Source: the human T2T-CHM13v2.0 reference genome, Homo sapiens
DNA length: 64,000 nt
Assembly (NCBI RefSeq): GCF_009914755.1
Contig: NC_060933.1
Direction: 5' to 3' (one strand)
The notes under the pieces were generated by a model. It did not search any database, was not told the origin of the DNA, and worked only from the letters and a program-made list of their open reading frames with translations. The number at the start of each line of letters is the position of its first letter. Positions within the stretch are counted from its first letter, which is position 1. The translations under genes and the position numbers were made by a program. Below, piece by piece: positions 52,484 to 64,000 of the stretch.

Positions 52484-53395
52484 CAGCTATGTGCTGCATA
52501 ATGACAGACAACATATGGGATGGTAGTACCAAAAGATTATAGTAGAGCTAAAAATTACTATCTTCTAGTGAAGTCGCAGCCATCATAGTGTCATAGAGCA
52601 AGACATTACTTAGATGTTTGTGCTGATAATGCCAGTGTAAACAAACCTACTGTACTGCTAATTGTATAAAAGTATAGCACATATAATCATGTACGGTACA
52701 TAATACTTGATAATGACAATAAGTGACTATATTACTGGTTTATGTATTTGCTATACTTTTTATTGTTATTTTGGAGTGTACTCCTTCTGCTTATTTTTTT
52801 AAGTCAAAAACAGCCTCAGGCAGGTCCTTCAGGAGGTATTCTAGAGGAAGATACTGTTATCATAGTAGATGACAGCCCCATGCATGTTATTGCCCCTGAA
52901 AACCTTCCAGTGGGACAAGATGTGGAGGTAGAAGACAGTGATACTGATGATCCCGACCCTGTGTGCTTAGGCTAATGTGTGTGTTTGTGTCTTAGTTTTC
53001 AATTAAAAAGCCTAAAAACTAAAAAGAAATAAAAACGTAAAAAATAGAAAAATCTTGTAGAATAAGGATATAATGAAAGAAAATATTTTTGTACAACTGT
53101 AGAATGTGTTGTGTTTTAAGCTAAGTATTATTATAAAAGAGTCAAAAACTTTTTGTCTTTTGTACCTTATTTTTACTGTAACTTTTCTATGCTTAGATAC
53201 ACAAATACTTCCCATTGTGTTACAACTGGCTCTGGCTACAATATTCAATACAGTAACATGCTGTACAGATTTGTAGCCTAGGAGCAATAGGTTGTATCAC
53301 ACAGGTTTATGGAAACACACTTTATGACGTTCACACAATGGTGAAATCGGCCCTTTTCTCAGAATGTATCCCTGTTGTTAAGAGATGCATGACTG
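52484..53395. mobile_element. Tigger3b (Golem/MER7) DNA transposon derivative
   Basis: TA-CAGCTATGTGCTGCATAATGAC ... GTTAAGAGATGCATGACTG-TA; internal CAGCCTCAGGCAGGTCCTTCAGGAGG. Confidence 0.9.
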
Positions 53396-55614
53396 TACAT
53401 TGTGTTCATCAATGTATGTGAAAATTATACTCATTTGTTAAGTTCCAGAATATGTGTTTGATTTCCCCAAGCAGAAATAATCTCTCCTCTTTTTGTGTTT
53501 CCTCACAGTTTTTTACATTTGACTTTTTACTCTACATATGGATGAATTGTACTATATCATCTACTACTTTTTTTGCCCTTTGCTTATCTCTGTATCTACA
53601 GGGAAGGCTGGGTTAATTGAACGACACAGACTAGAATTGAAGTAAAGCATTTTTCTCTAGTAAATTCTACAATCTTTGGTCCTTATTGTATAAATGTGGT
53701 CATAGAAAAGATACCTTTCTCACTATGGTTAACCTACATTAAAAAAAAAAAAAAGAAGAAGGAGCACCGTGTTTAGTTACTGACACCTAATCCTTTGTTT
53801 TTCTTAGACTTAGGTCAGCAGAAATATGAAGCCTGGTAAGACTGCCTGTATTTCCAGGTTTTGTAACCCTGGTTTATTCATCAAACTATTGTGAACTTTG
53901 GCCCAATCATGTTCTTTTGCAGCCTGTATATTTGTTTATCATTCACTTGCATAGAAAAGATACCACTTATTGTAAAGAATCTGTTTGTAGAAATTGTAGA
54001 ACATGAAAGGAGGCTGGTTAGTCAATACACATATTTTGTGTTTCCCTATATAATGACCAATTGATTTGTTTCAGGGTAATCTCAGCTCTAACTGCTAATC
54101 CAGAAAGGAAGTGCCTAATCTTTACAGAACTACTGGAGTAAAAGGGTATGTTTTTCTTTGCTTATCACAGGTTTAATTATAGGATAAAACAGCAAAGTGT
54201 GTACCAAAGCAACCAAAGGACTTAGTGTGAAAAAAAAAAATTCTGAGAGTTTAAATGCTAAGAGTTCAAATGCAATACTACGTAAAATAAATCACAAGTC
54301 AGACTTCAGACAGAATGCGGACATCAGGAAAAATGGGTAAAATATTTACCTTTGTATACTAGAATCTCTATTTCCCTATTTGTAATTACTGCACCCCGCA
54401 CTCCCTATTAGAGATACTTATGTTAATTTACCCTGCCCTAGTTAAAAGCCATTTTAAGATTCTTTGAGTGCTACATTCAAAAGGAAATACATTCTATTAT
54501 TGAAAATCTATATAGCTAAGGATATTCCATTTCATAGTTAGATATTTGTGGTAAGCCCTTGATCATCATACATATCATTTTTGGGCCATTATTTGATTAG
54601 GTATACAAAAATAATAATTTAGTTCCTAGAGGAATTAATATGACTTTTTAAAGTATTCATAACTAAAAATAGGTCTTAAACTCTGGAAAAATTTGATCAA
54701 CAAATAAAGACAGTGTCATCATTCTTGATTTCTTGATGCACTTGAGAGGGCATCAAGTTGAATTTGAAGACCACTTACCTGTGTGATTCAGAGAAGCGGC
54801 AGTACCATGGGAGAGGGGGATGTTTCAATAAAGGGTTTTAGATTACACAACTGCAAAGTGTTTAAAAGGACAGTCTTTCTTAAATCTCTGAAGCTTGTCT
54901 ATTTATCTGTGATAAATTATATGAATTTATCTAAGTGGATATCTTTTGAAAAATAATATGCTTCTATCACCCTTTTGCTGCCAGGAAACTCAATGTAATT
55001 TATCCTTTAATAGTGTACACTGTACATCAGACTAAAGGTAAAGTTAACTCTCCTCTGTTTCAGTGTTTTCATATATATATATAGATATATATATATTTCT
55101 GATTTCTTTTTTAAAATTCATTATTTTATATATATAGTAATTACAGTGTAAGGTGATTTAAAGACATAAACTGCATGTATTACAAAGCAAAAGAATAAAA
55201 AATACTGAATTATAATTCATTGCCTTAAAATATTCTTGTTTAATCACTTGGATAAAGATGTAATTGTGTAATTTATTACATAAATATTTTGAGAGATTTG
55301 AGATTCCTTGCCCTTTCATTTTACCTTTTTTATGTTTATATGAGAAATAGCTTAGTTATAAAATTTTTTTTCACAGAGGACTTAATTCTCTTCTAATGAT
55401 TTTTCTGTTGCACAAGTTTTAGAAACAAATGATAAGAGCAGGGATGTAAATGAGGCTAGGAGTTGAAACTAAGTGAGTGCAAAGAATCAATGACTCTCAG
55501 TTTTGTAGCTTAAAAGGCTAATGGAAATTGATGCCACCCAACTAAGATACAGACTACAGAAGTGGTAATAAGTTTGAAGAGAAATATAATGAGCTCTCAT
55601 TTCTACCACACATC

Positions 55615-56617
55615 TGTGAATATTAAAAAGGAACTTTGGCACTTTTATTCTTTTTTGTAATGTTGCCATTACTTATTTCCTTTCCTATTAATAGATCAAC
55701 AATAGATCATTGTTGATACCATGTACTTAAAGCAAATTAAAAAAAAAAAACAGAAAATCTGTGTCTGTGTTAATTCACTGAACCCTACCATAAATGTACC
55801 TCCTCCGAACTCTAGATGGAAGACACATTTCAAGGGTGAGGTTTCCAATGCTAATCTAGAAAAACAGACCTCAGTTTAGGGGAAGCACATGACACCTTAC
55901 AATTTAGATCATCCCCTCTGGTTGAAATGTAAAATATAATGTAACATGTCTCATAGCCAGAGGGTAAACAGGCTTGGATTACCAGTGCATTATTTGGCTG
56001 CCCTCATCAGAAACATAAACTGTCTCCACAAGTTTAAGATAAAACAGGAGAGGCCTGATCATTTGACTTAAACAAAACTATCGTTAAGTATAACTGCTAT
56101 CTTCCTTCCTTATATGGCTCACAACTCCTTGTCAAGCCCAGCTGGAGACTGTATCTAAAAGGATTACATTTGAGTTTTCTGAGGCTGCCCTTGTCTCTTA
56201 CACACACTCACTAATCTGACCATCTTGTTTTTATTAAAGCTATGTGATAAAAAAAATCACATAAAATCTGTAAACGCCAACTAGACATGGAGAAATTCTG
56301 CCAGGAGCAGTACCACCCCGAGACAAGTCCTGAAAGGTAATAACACTGTGGTATTTGGCTGCCTGTTAATAATATTTCATGGAAGTTTCCACAACCAAGA
56401 AGAAATAGATAAATCCAAAGGATTTTTGCAGCCTTTTATTTACCTTTTTCCCCCCATGTGAAAATACAAAGGAAAAGGCACATAATACAGTCCTTTAAAA
56501 AACCCTTGGAGATTATTTCTACCAAGATAGCCAAACACATGTGAATATTAAAAATTAACTTTGAACTTTTATTGTTTATTGTAATATTGCCATTACTTAT
56601 TTTCTTCCCCATTAATA
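55615..56617 (+). repeat. Dispersed direct repeat of ~79 bp (55615-55693 and 56540-56617)
   Basis: TGTGAATATTAAAAA..AACTTTG..ACTTTTATT.TTT.TTGTAAT.TTGCCATTACTTATTT.CTT.CC.ATTAATA in both; about 10 differences. Confidence 0.9.
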
Positions 56618-57240
56618 TTTTATACCCCACCCATTCTGTGAACCAACCCAGAAAAAAAAAATCTACTCTAGGCAAACCACGTGTGCTTATCTAACAATAC
56701 AAGCAAGGATAAAAGATTCAGACAAAACTCCCACTAAAACATGAAACTGTTAAAAATCATAAAACTTGTGAAAGTTTTGTGTGTATGTGTGTGTGTGTTT
56801 ATGTGTATCAACAAAATACATCTGCTTTAAAAATTTCTCCTGGATTCACAGTAAACATTCATAATTCCAAAAAAAGAAGCATTCCCATTTGCATTGCTTA
56901 ATGAAGACAAAAATATATTTTTTATTTCAGAAACCTGTATGTAGATCAACTATACACCAACAAAGTTATTCGTTAAGATTAAAGGAAAATAGGTTATTTA
57001 GTTTTTGTTATAATGATAATGGCTTCAAATGTTTCTTATCTAATTAGTTAATTAATTATTGAGTATCTGTTATATTTCAGGCCTGTATTGAAGAAAATTA
57101 TTATAAGTGTAAAAATATATTTATAAACATATATAATGAATATAAGTGTAAATGTATATTACTATAAATATTAAAATGTAAAAAAATGAAACAGAAGGGT
57201 TAAAAACAAACATTCCAAAAATAATGTCCTGCTTCGCCTA

Positions 57241-57437
<197 letters not shown>

Positions 57438-58538
57438 AAGATTCACAGGCCAAATATGATTTTCAGAGGAAAGTTTCTCTGTGCAGTGAAGCTGAGAAGG
57501 GAAGTTGAAGAATTCTGTTAAAAGTGACTCAGATAATTAGAATGCACCTCATCTGTGGTCTTTCCAAATTTTTTATTTGAAAAAATCTCAAAACAAAAAC
57601 AAGGCAAATACTATTGATTTGGCCTCTTTCTCTACATATAGACTGGGTCTGGTGCCACTCTGACAAACAAAAAAATCAATTTTAATTACTTCTATGAACT
57701 GGATTCCTCACTGGAGCACAACAGTGTTTACAACGAGTTGAACAGCTCCATCTCTCCCAATCTCCACTCTGGTTCTTTAATTTGGAGTTTTGCACAGCCT
57801 CTTATGGTATCACCAGCTGCAGTCAAGAAGGGGCTATTTGGAGGTCAACATGGAAAAGAGACCGCAGCTTGAGTGGGAATTTGTGGAGTTTTACACAATG
57901 TCAACCCACCCTTTCCCTGTGGAATAGGAATTGTTGGCAAAGTAAACATTCCTTCATAGTCAGAATAATCTCAGCTTTCTTCTTGGAAAGTATACAAAAA
58001 AGAAAAGGAACATTCTAGCATGCAACCATGAGGAATGTGTATTAGGATCCCGTTCAGAGGAATCAAAGCCTGTATCTTGAATCAGTACTACTGAATGCCT
58101 TCCTACATCTGTATAAACTAGTACTTAGAAAACCCTATTCTTCATTTTTGTCTAGCAATATTTGAAAGCCTATGACATTCTCTGCAGTATATTAAATAGC
58201 CAGTGAAAAGCAAGGATGAATGGAATGTTCCAAAGTTATCCAGCAAATTCATCCTAAGAAAATAAACAGTTTAAATAATTCAAGTAAAGAAACATTCCAT
58301 TGCCACTCTTTTTTCTCATTAACAAGTTTATTTTGACTGCATTATTCTAACACCTATTGTATCAGGGTCAGAATATATGAAAATATACTGTACTGATTTA
58401 TATTTTTACTATAAATAATAAAATGTAATATAAAGTTTGTTTTCCTGTGTTGGGAAACTCATTTTGGGAGTTATTTTAATGAATGATGTACTCTTACATC
58501 CTCTTAATTTAGAAACCAAACAAGTACAATCACCTCAG

Positions 58539-58635
58539 AAGTTGTGTCAATATGTTTGTTTTAAAATTAAAAAAACAAAAACTTTGTTAAGCTATGCTTG
58601 TTTTAAAAATTAAAAAAAAAAAAGTTGTGCCAAGT
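58539..58635. repeat. Degenerate tandem repeat, ~42-bp unit, ~2.3 copies
   Basis: TATG(T/C)TTGTTTTAAAA(A)TTAAAAAAA twice; AAGTTGTG(T/C)CAA at both ends. Confidence 0.75.
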
Positions 58636-59361
58636 AAGGTGAGAAATAGTGCTGAGGAATTCTGAGGATTCACAAATCCTTAAATGGTTTGAATACTTGC
58701 CTATTACAATTACTTTTATCTCTCTAAACTGCTACCTATCATTCAAGCAAGTCTAGAAAGAATTTAGATAAAACTTTCCTGGGATGATCATTTCTTATTT
58801 GTATGCTGTAAGTTGCAGGATACGACAAGATTTTGGCATTGAGATATATGTGTCACAGCTGAGTTTTGTATTCCATAATGATAATTTTCACTGCATGCAA
58901 ATGAAGCTAAATTGTGCATTTTGCATTAGTTGCACAGAAAGCTCATCCCTTTAAAAATATAGGAGTTGTTGGCTTGTAGTTTTCTTCAGGAATGGGAATA
59001 TTGTGATGAAAACAAGGATCAGATACCCTAAGCTCATCACTGAAAGGTATCTGGTTTGCTCTGCAGTGCATCACCCATAGGTCAAGAGAAAAGAGATTTT
59101 CCTCATCCATGTCTACCTTTCCCTTTCTTCTCTGACAATATCTTTTTCACCATCTCACCTAATGCAACACAGCACTGACAGATATTCCAGGACACCCAGC
59201 CTGCACAGGGAAAGTATTAAGATATATAATTAAGAAATATTACAAAATATGTATTATACTACTAATTTCCTCATCTTTTCCCTTCTCATACCCATAGTTC
59301 ACCCAGCCGAAGTCCTTCTAAATGCAATTCAATACTCTGTGGTTTAAAACTTTCCTATGGC

Positions 59362-59969
59362 TGTAAACTAGTTCAACCATTGTGGAAGTCAGTGTGGCAA
59401 TTCCTCAGGGATCTAGAACTGGAAATACCATTTGACCCAGCCATCCCATTACTGGGTGTATACCCAAAGGACTATAAATCATGCTGCTATAAAGACACAT
59501 GCACACGTATGTTTATTGCGGCATTATTCACAATAGCAAAGACTTGGAACCAACCCAAATGTCCAACAATGATAGACTGGATTAAGAAAATGTGGCACAT
59601 ATACACCATGGAATACTATGCAGCCATAAAAATTGATGAGTTCATGTCCTTTGTAGGGACATGGATGAAATTGGAAATCATCATTCTCAGTAAACTATCG
59701 CAAGAACAAAAAACCAAACACCACATATTCTCACTCATAGATGGGAATTGAACAATGAGATCACATGGACACAGGAAGGGGAATATCACACTCTGGGGAC
59801 TGTTGTGGGGTGGGGGGAGGGGGGAGGGATAGCATCGGGAGATATACCTAATGCTAGATGACGAGTTAGTGGGTGCAGCGCACCAGCATGGCACATGTAT
59901 TCATATGTAACTAACCTGCACAATGTGCACATGTACCCTAAAACTTAAAGTATAATTAAAAAAAAAAAC
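59362..59969 (+). mobile_element. 5'-truncated L1PA2 (ORF2 C-terminus plus 3' UTR)
   Basis: Open ORF2 tail 59380-59751; 3' UTR GCTAGATGACGAGTTAGTGGG (GAG, not ACA/ACG); perfect 16-bp TSD AAAACTTTCCTATGGC at a TTT/AAAA site. Confidence 0.95.
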
Positions 59970-60039
59970 AAAACTTTCCTATGGCAACACATTAACTATG
60001 AGACACATACAAATCCATTGCAGAGCAAACAAACCGAAC

Positions 60040-60650
60040 CATTACCTGGTTGCTTCTTATATTCTCTATCTTTCACTTTGTAATCTAGAAATGCCAGATT
60101 ACTATAGTTCTCTAATGCAACCATGATGAATTATGCACACTGTTGTCCAAAATAATTCCTCTGCTTGCAATCTTACAAACCTTGACTTTGTTGACTCATG
60201 CTTGAGACTTAGCTCATACTTATATCTTCCAGAAAGCGGCCTATAACCCCTGAATTCCTAAGTCTTCACCGTGGACCTTTCATGTTAATCCCATAGCACC
60301 CTCTGCTGTCTTCCATTATAGCATGTATCATAGTGCTTTTTTCCATCTTTCCTTCTTATTGAACTGGAATTGTGAACTCCTCAATGTCAAGGACAAATGT
60401 ATTGACCAGTATTTTATTCATCTCTCTGCTGTACTCCTCTTTCCACCTTTTGGATGGGAACAGGTGGACAGAGAGAGACAGAGTAAAGCAGAGACAAAGA
60501 TACCAGAAATATCGAGAGAGGAAACAGTGACTAAGGGAACTCTAGAGCAGAACTACTTGCTTAAAGTAAGTCCCATTACCTAAGATTGTGTGGGTGTGTC
60601 TCTGTTGCTTGCAATCTGAAAGAATAGAATGAACATAACACTCAATAAAT
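60040..60650 (+). mobile_element. L2 3' portion, with a probable MLT1-type LTR fragment at ~60440-60625
   Basis: TCTTCCAGAAAGC, GAATTGTGAACTCCTCAATGTCAAGGAC, tail ACACTCAATAAATG; LTR-like end TCTCTGTTGCTTGCAATCTGAAAGA. Confidence 0.6.
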
Positions 60651-60657
60651 GTTCATG

Positions 60658-60751
60658 GGCTTGTCTGATAGTAGTGGGTTATCACAGCATATTAACATTA
60701 GTGTCGCTGAAGTCAGTATACAACCCCATCACTGATAAATTTGATTGGTTT
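60658..60751 (+). pseudogene. RNY4: Y4 RNA retropseudogene (full length)
   Basis: GGCTTGTCTGATAGTAGTGGGTTATCACAGCATATTAACATTAGTGTCGCTGAAGTCAGTATACAACCCCATCACTGATAAATTTGATTGGTTT matches hY4 end to end with scattered substitutions; A-rich tail and TSD AATAAATGTTCATG(GG). Confidence 0.93.
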
Positions 60752-61299
60752 AAAAGAAATTAAAATAAACAAATAAATAAATGTTCATGGGATAGCTTTC
60801 TGGTAAGCAACAAATATCCTTTTTACTTCTATCACATGCTCTGTTTCTTCACTCTAATCATTTTTTTTTCCCATTGGGAATGTCTGTTCCAATTATCTAT
60901 GCCCATTCAGACCGAACTCTTTAAGCTTGAGTAAAATCCCATTGTCTCGAGGAAGCCTTCTCCAATTACTCCAGGAAACATTATTTTTATCATGTCTGAA
61001 ACCCTAGAATACTGACTCTTATTCTCATCATTCATAAATATTTTAGGACTTCCTTTCCTTCATGTTTATTTAATCTCAAAAAGTGCTGTCTGATTAAACA
61101 TATTGATAATTGTGTTGTGGTTGATTCCCATATTTGGTATTGACGATAAATGAAAATAATGATTAATTGAATGTTTTTCTCTTTTTCTGGTTTTCCTTTC
61201 AGTTAAAATATTTGTAGACCTATAATTTTAAAAGTTCAGATGTTTAACCTTGAATGTATTTAGACTTTTGTTTAATCTTCCATGTGTTATTATGAAAAA

Positions 61300-61440
61300 C
61301 TAGTATTTCTAGTTTCTGTTCAATTTGCCACAACTTCTCTAGGTGACCTTGGGCAAAATTATTTCCTCTTTGGATTTTAGTTTTCTCCCTGTAAAATGAA
61401 GCAATAGATGGTAGAGTAATCTTTCCAAATGTCAGTGTTC
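61300..61440 (+). mobile_element. MIR
   Basis: GTGACCTTGGGCAAAATTATTTCCTCTTTGGATTTTAGTTTTCTCCCTGTAAAATGAAG. Confidence 0.8.
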
Positions 61441-61798
61441 AATGTCTGTAAACCCATAATTTCTTGCTTTATTTGGTATTAAAGAGTAGTAGTAAATGAT
61501 TAAATCATGTACCTGAAGGTCATTGAACACATGTGGCAAATATGAGTGTCAGTCTATAACTCAAATGCACAAGAAATATGTTCATTTTCTGTAATTGTGT
61601 ATAATTGAATAATTCCTATTTTGTGCTTTATTCTCTCTGGATGGCAGTAACCTACTCCTAGTCAATTTGGGGATTCCTTCCTTATTTTTTCCAAGATGTC
61701 CCTGTGGTCAGGAGTTTACAGAATGCCCAAGCAACAAGAGTAGGGCAGGGATTAAGTACTCAGTGATAGTTGTCCACAGTGGTATTTGCTGAAGTACC

Positions 61799-62211
61799 AG
61801 TCTTAGTCCATGTTATGTTGTTATAAAGGAATACCTGCGGCTGGGTAATTTATAAAGAAACAAATCTTTATCTGGCCCATGATTCTGATAGTTGGGAAGT
61901 CCAAGATTGAACATCTGCCTCTGGTGAGGGCCTCAGGCTGCTTCCATGAATGAAAGAAGATGAAGGTGAACCAGCATGTGCAGAGATCACATGGCAGGAG
62001 AGAAGGAAAGAGAGAGGGGAAGATGCCAGGGTCTTTTCAACAACCAGCTCTCCCAAGAACTAACAAAACGAACATCCCAAGGAAGGGCTTTAATCTATTC
62101 ATGAGGAATCACCTCCCTGACCCAAACACCTCTCATTAGGCCCCACCCACAACATTGGGGGTCAAATTTCAACATGATGATTTGGAGAAGACAAAGATCT
62201 AAACCACAGTA
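61799..62211 (-). mobile_element. MSTB-type MaLR solo LTR
   Basis: GTCTTAGTCCATG...GGCTGGGTAATTTATAAAGAAA...TCTGGTGAGGGCCTCAGG...CAAATTTCAACATGA. Confidence 0.9.
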
Positions 62212-62559
62212 ACACCCAATCCTGCTACACTGGTCCCCATAGGTTTTCTAAGTCATTCATTCTTCAGTCCTGTCTGTAACGCACCTTAAAGGCCAGGACC
62301 TTTCTCCATATGTCAAAACAGAAACATTCTGCTGTTCCCATAAATGCTCTGGACGCCAAGAAACTCTACAAATCTATTTCAAGATCCATCTGTCTAAGCA
62401 CACACATAATCATCTTTTTTTTTACTAGGTTTCTACCTCTTCACTGGAGCACTCTCCCTAGGGAAGAAGTAGCTCATTTCCTTTCCTCCAAATCTACCAA
62501 CACCATTGTCTTTGCTCCTATAAGTATCATCACTCCTCCTATTAAATGTGTGAACTCTT

Positions 62560-62983
62560 CTTGCTCCTATCTAAAGCTATCCCCTAAGTTTGCAGTAGAA
62601 CAGGAATATAATATTTGATTTCATACCAACTCTCTCTTGCATCATCTATGTTCCCCTCTTGAATTGATCGTTCCCATCAGCATAAAAATATGCTATAATA
62701 TCTTCCATTTACACACACACACAATCTTCCCTGATCCCATTTAACCCATCAAGCAATGACCTTTTATTTCACACTTCTTTTTATGAGTATAACTAAAATG
62801 ATTTATTGACATGACTATCTCCATTTTCCCCTCCTACTTTCTTTTTTAACTCCCCTTAATCAAAGCTTTTCCATCATGTTCATTCAAAACAGCTTATGTC
62901 ATAGTCTCCAATAATTTTCATTCCAGCAGCAAATCCAGTGGCCAGCTTTCAATCATCTAATTAGACTTCTCATCAGCATTTGA
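62560..62983 (+). mobile_element. L2 ORF2 3' fragment, cut by the following L1
   Basis: TTCCCATCAGCATAAAAATATGCT, CAAATCCAGTGGCCAG, CATCAGCATTTGA. Confidence 0.75.
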
Positions 62984-62984
62984 G

Positions 62985-64000
<1,016 letters not shown>

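Noticed and set aside
54774-54782. Perfect minus-strand splice donor CAG|GTAAGT
   Set aside because: No convincing upstream acceptor or open exon; a single 9-mer is expected by chance in 64 kb.
58539-58635. Repeat-spacer (CRISPR-like) array
   Set aside because: Only ~2.3 degenerate tandem copies, no unique spacers, eukaryotic context, no cas genes.
60658-60751. Functional RNY4 gene
   Set aside because: Has an A-rich tail, TSD and many substitutions, and lacks an upstream PSE/TATA type-3 promoter context.

Overview
This is AT-rich, CpG-poor primate DNA, almost certainly human or great ape given the L1PA2 and AluY copies. It looks intergenic or deep intronic. I find no credible protein-coding gene, tRNA, rRNA or CRISPR array, and the listed ORFs are either transposon remnants (Alu, L1, Hsmar1) or short chance ORFs. 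Roughly half the window is recognisable interspersed repeat: about 20 Alu/FLAM copies, L1PA2/PA4-5/PA7/PA10 and older L1M pieces, L2, MIR, MaLR LTRs (MLT1, MST, THE1), an ancient ERVL provirus relic with two LTR16-like LTRs, Tigger2a/3b, MER47A, MER5A, MER91A, a full-length dead Hsmar1 mariner and a retroposed Y4 RNA pseudogene. I did not find a new biological system. The most unusual structure is a nested, locally templated insertion at about 50070-50324. It is stitched from two other places in this window (57961-58050 and 48977-49133) with microhomology junctions, and it sits next to an apparent L1-insertion-mediated deletion. Subfamily names come from recalled consensus sequences, and boundaries of old repeats are approximate.
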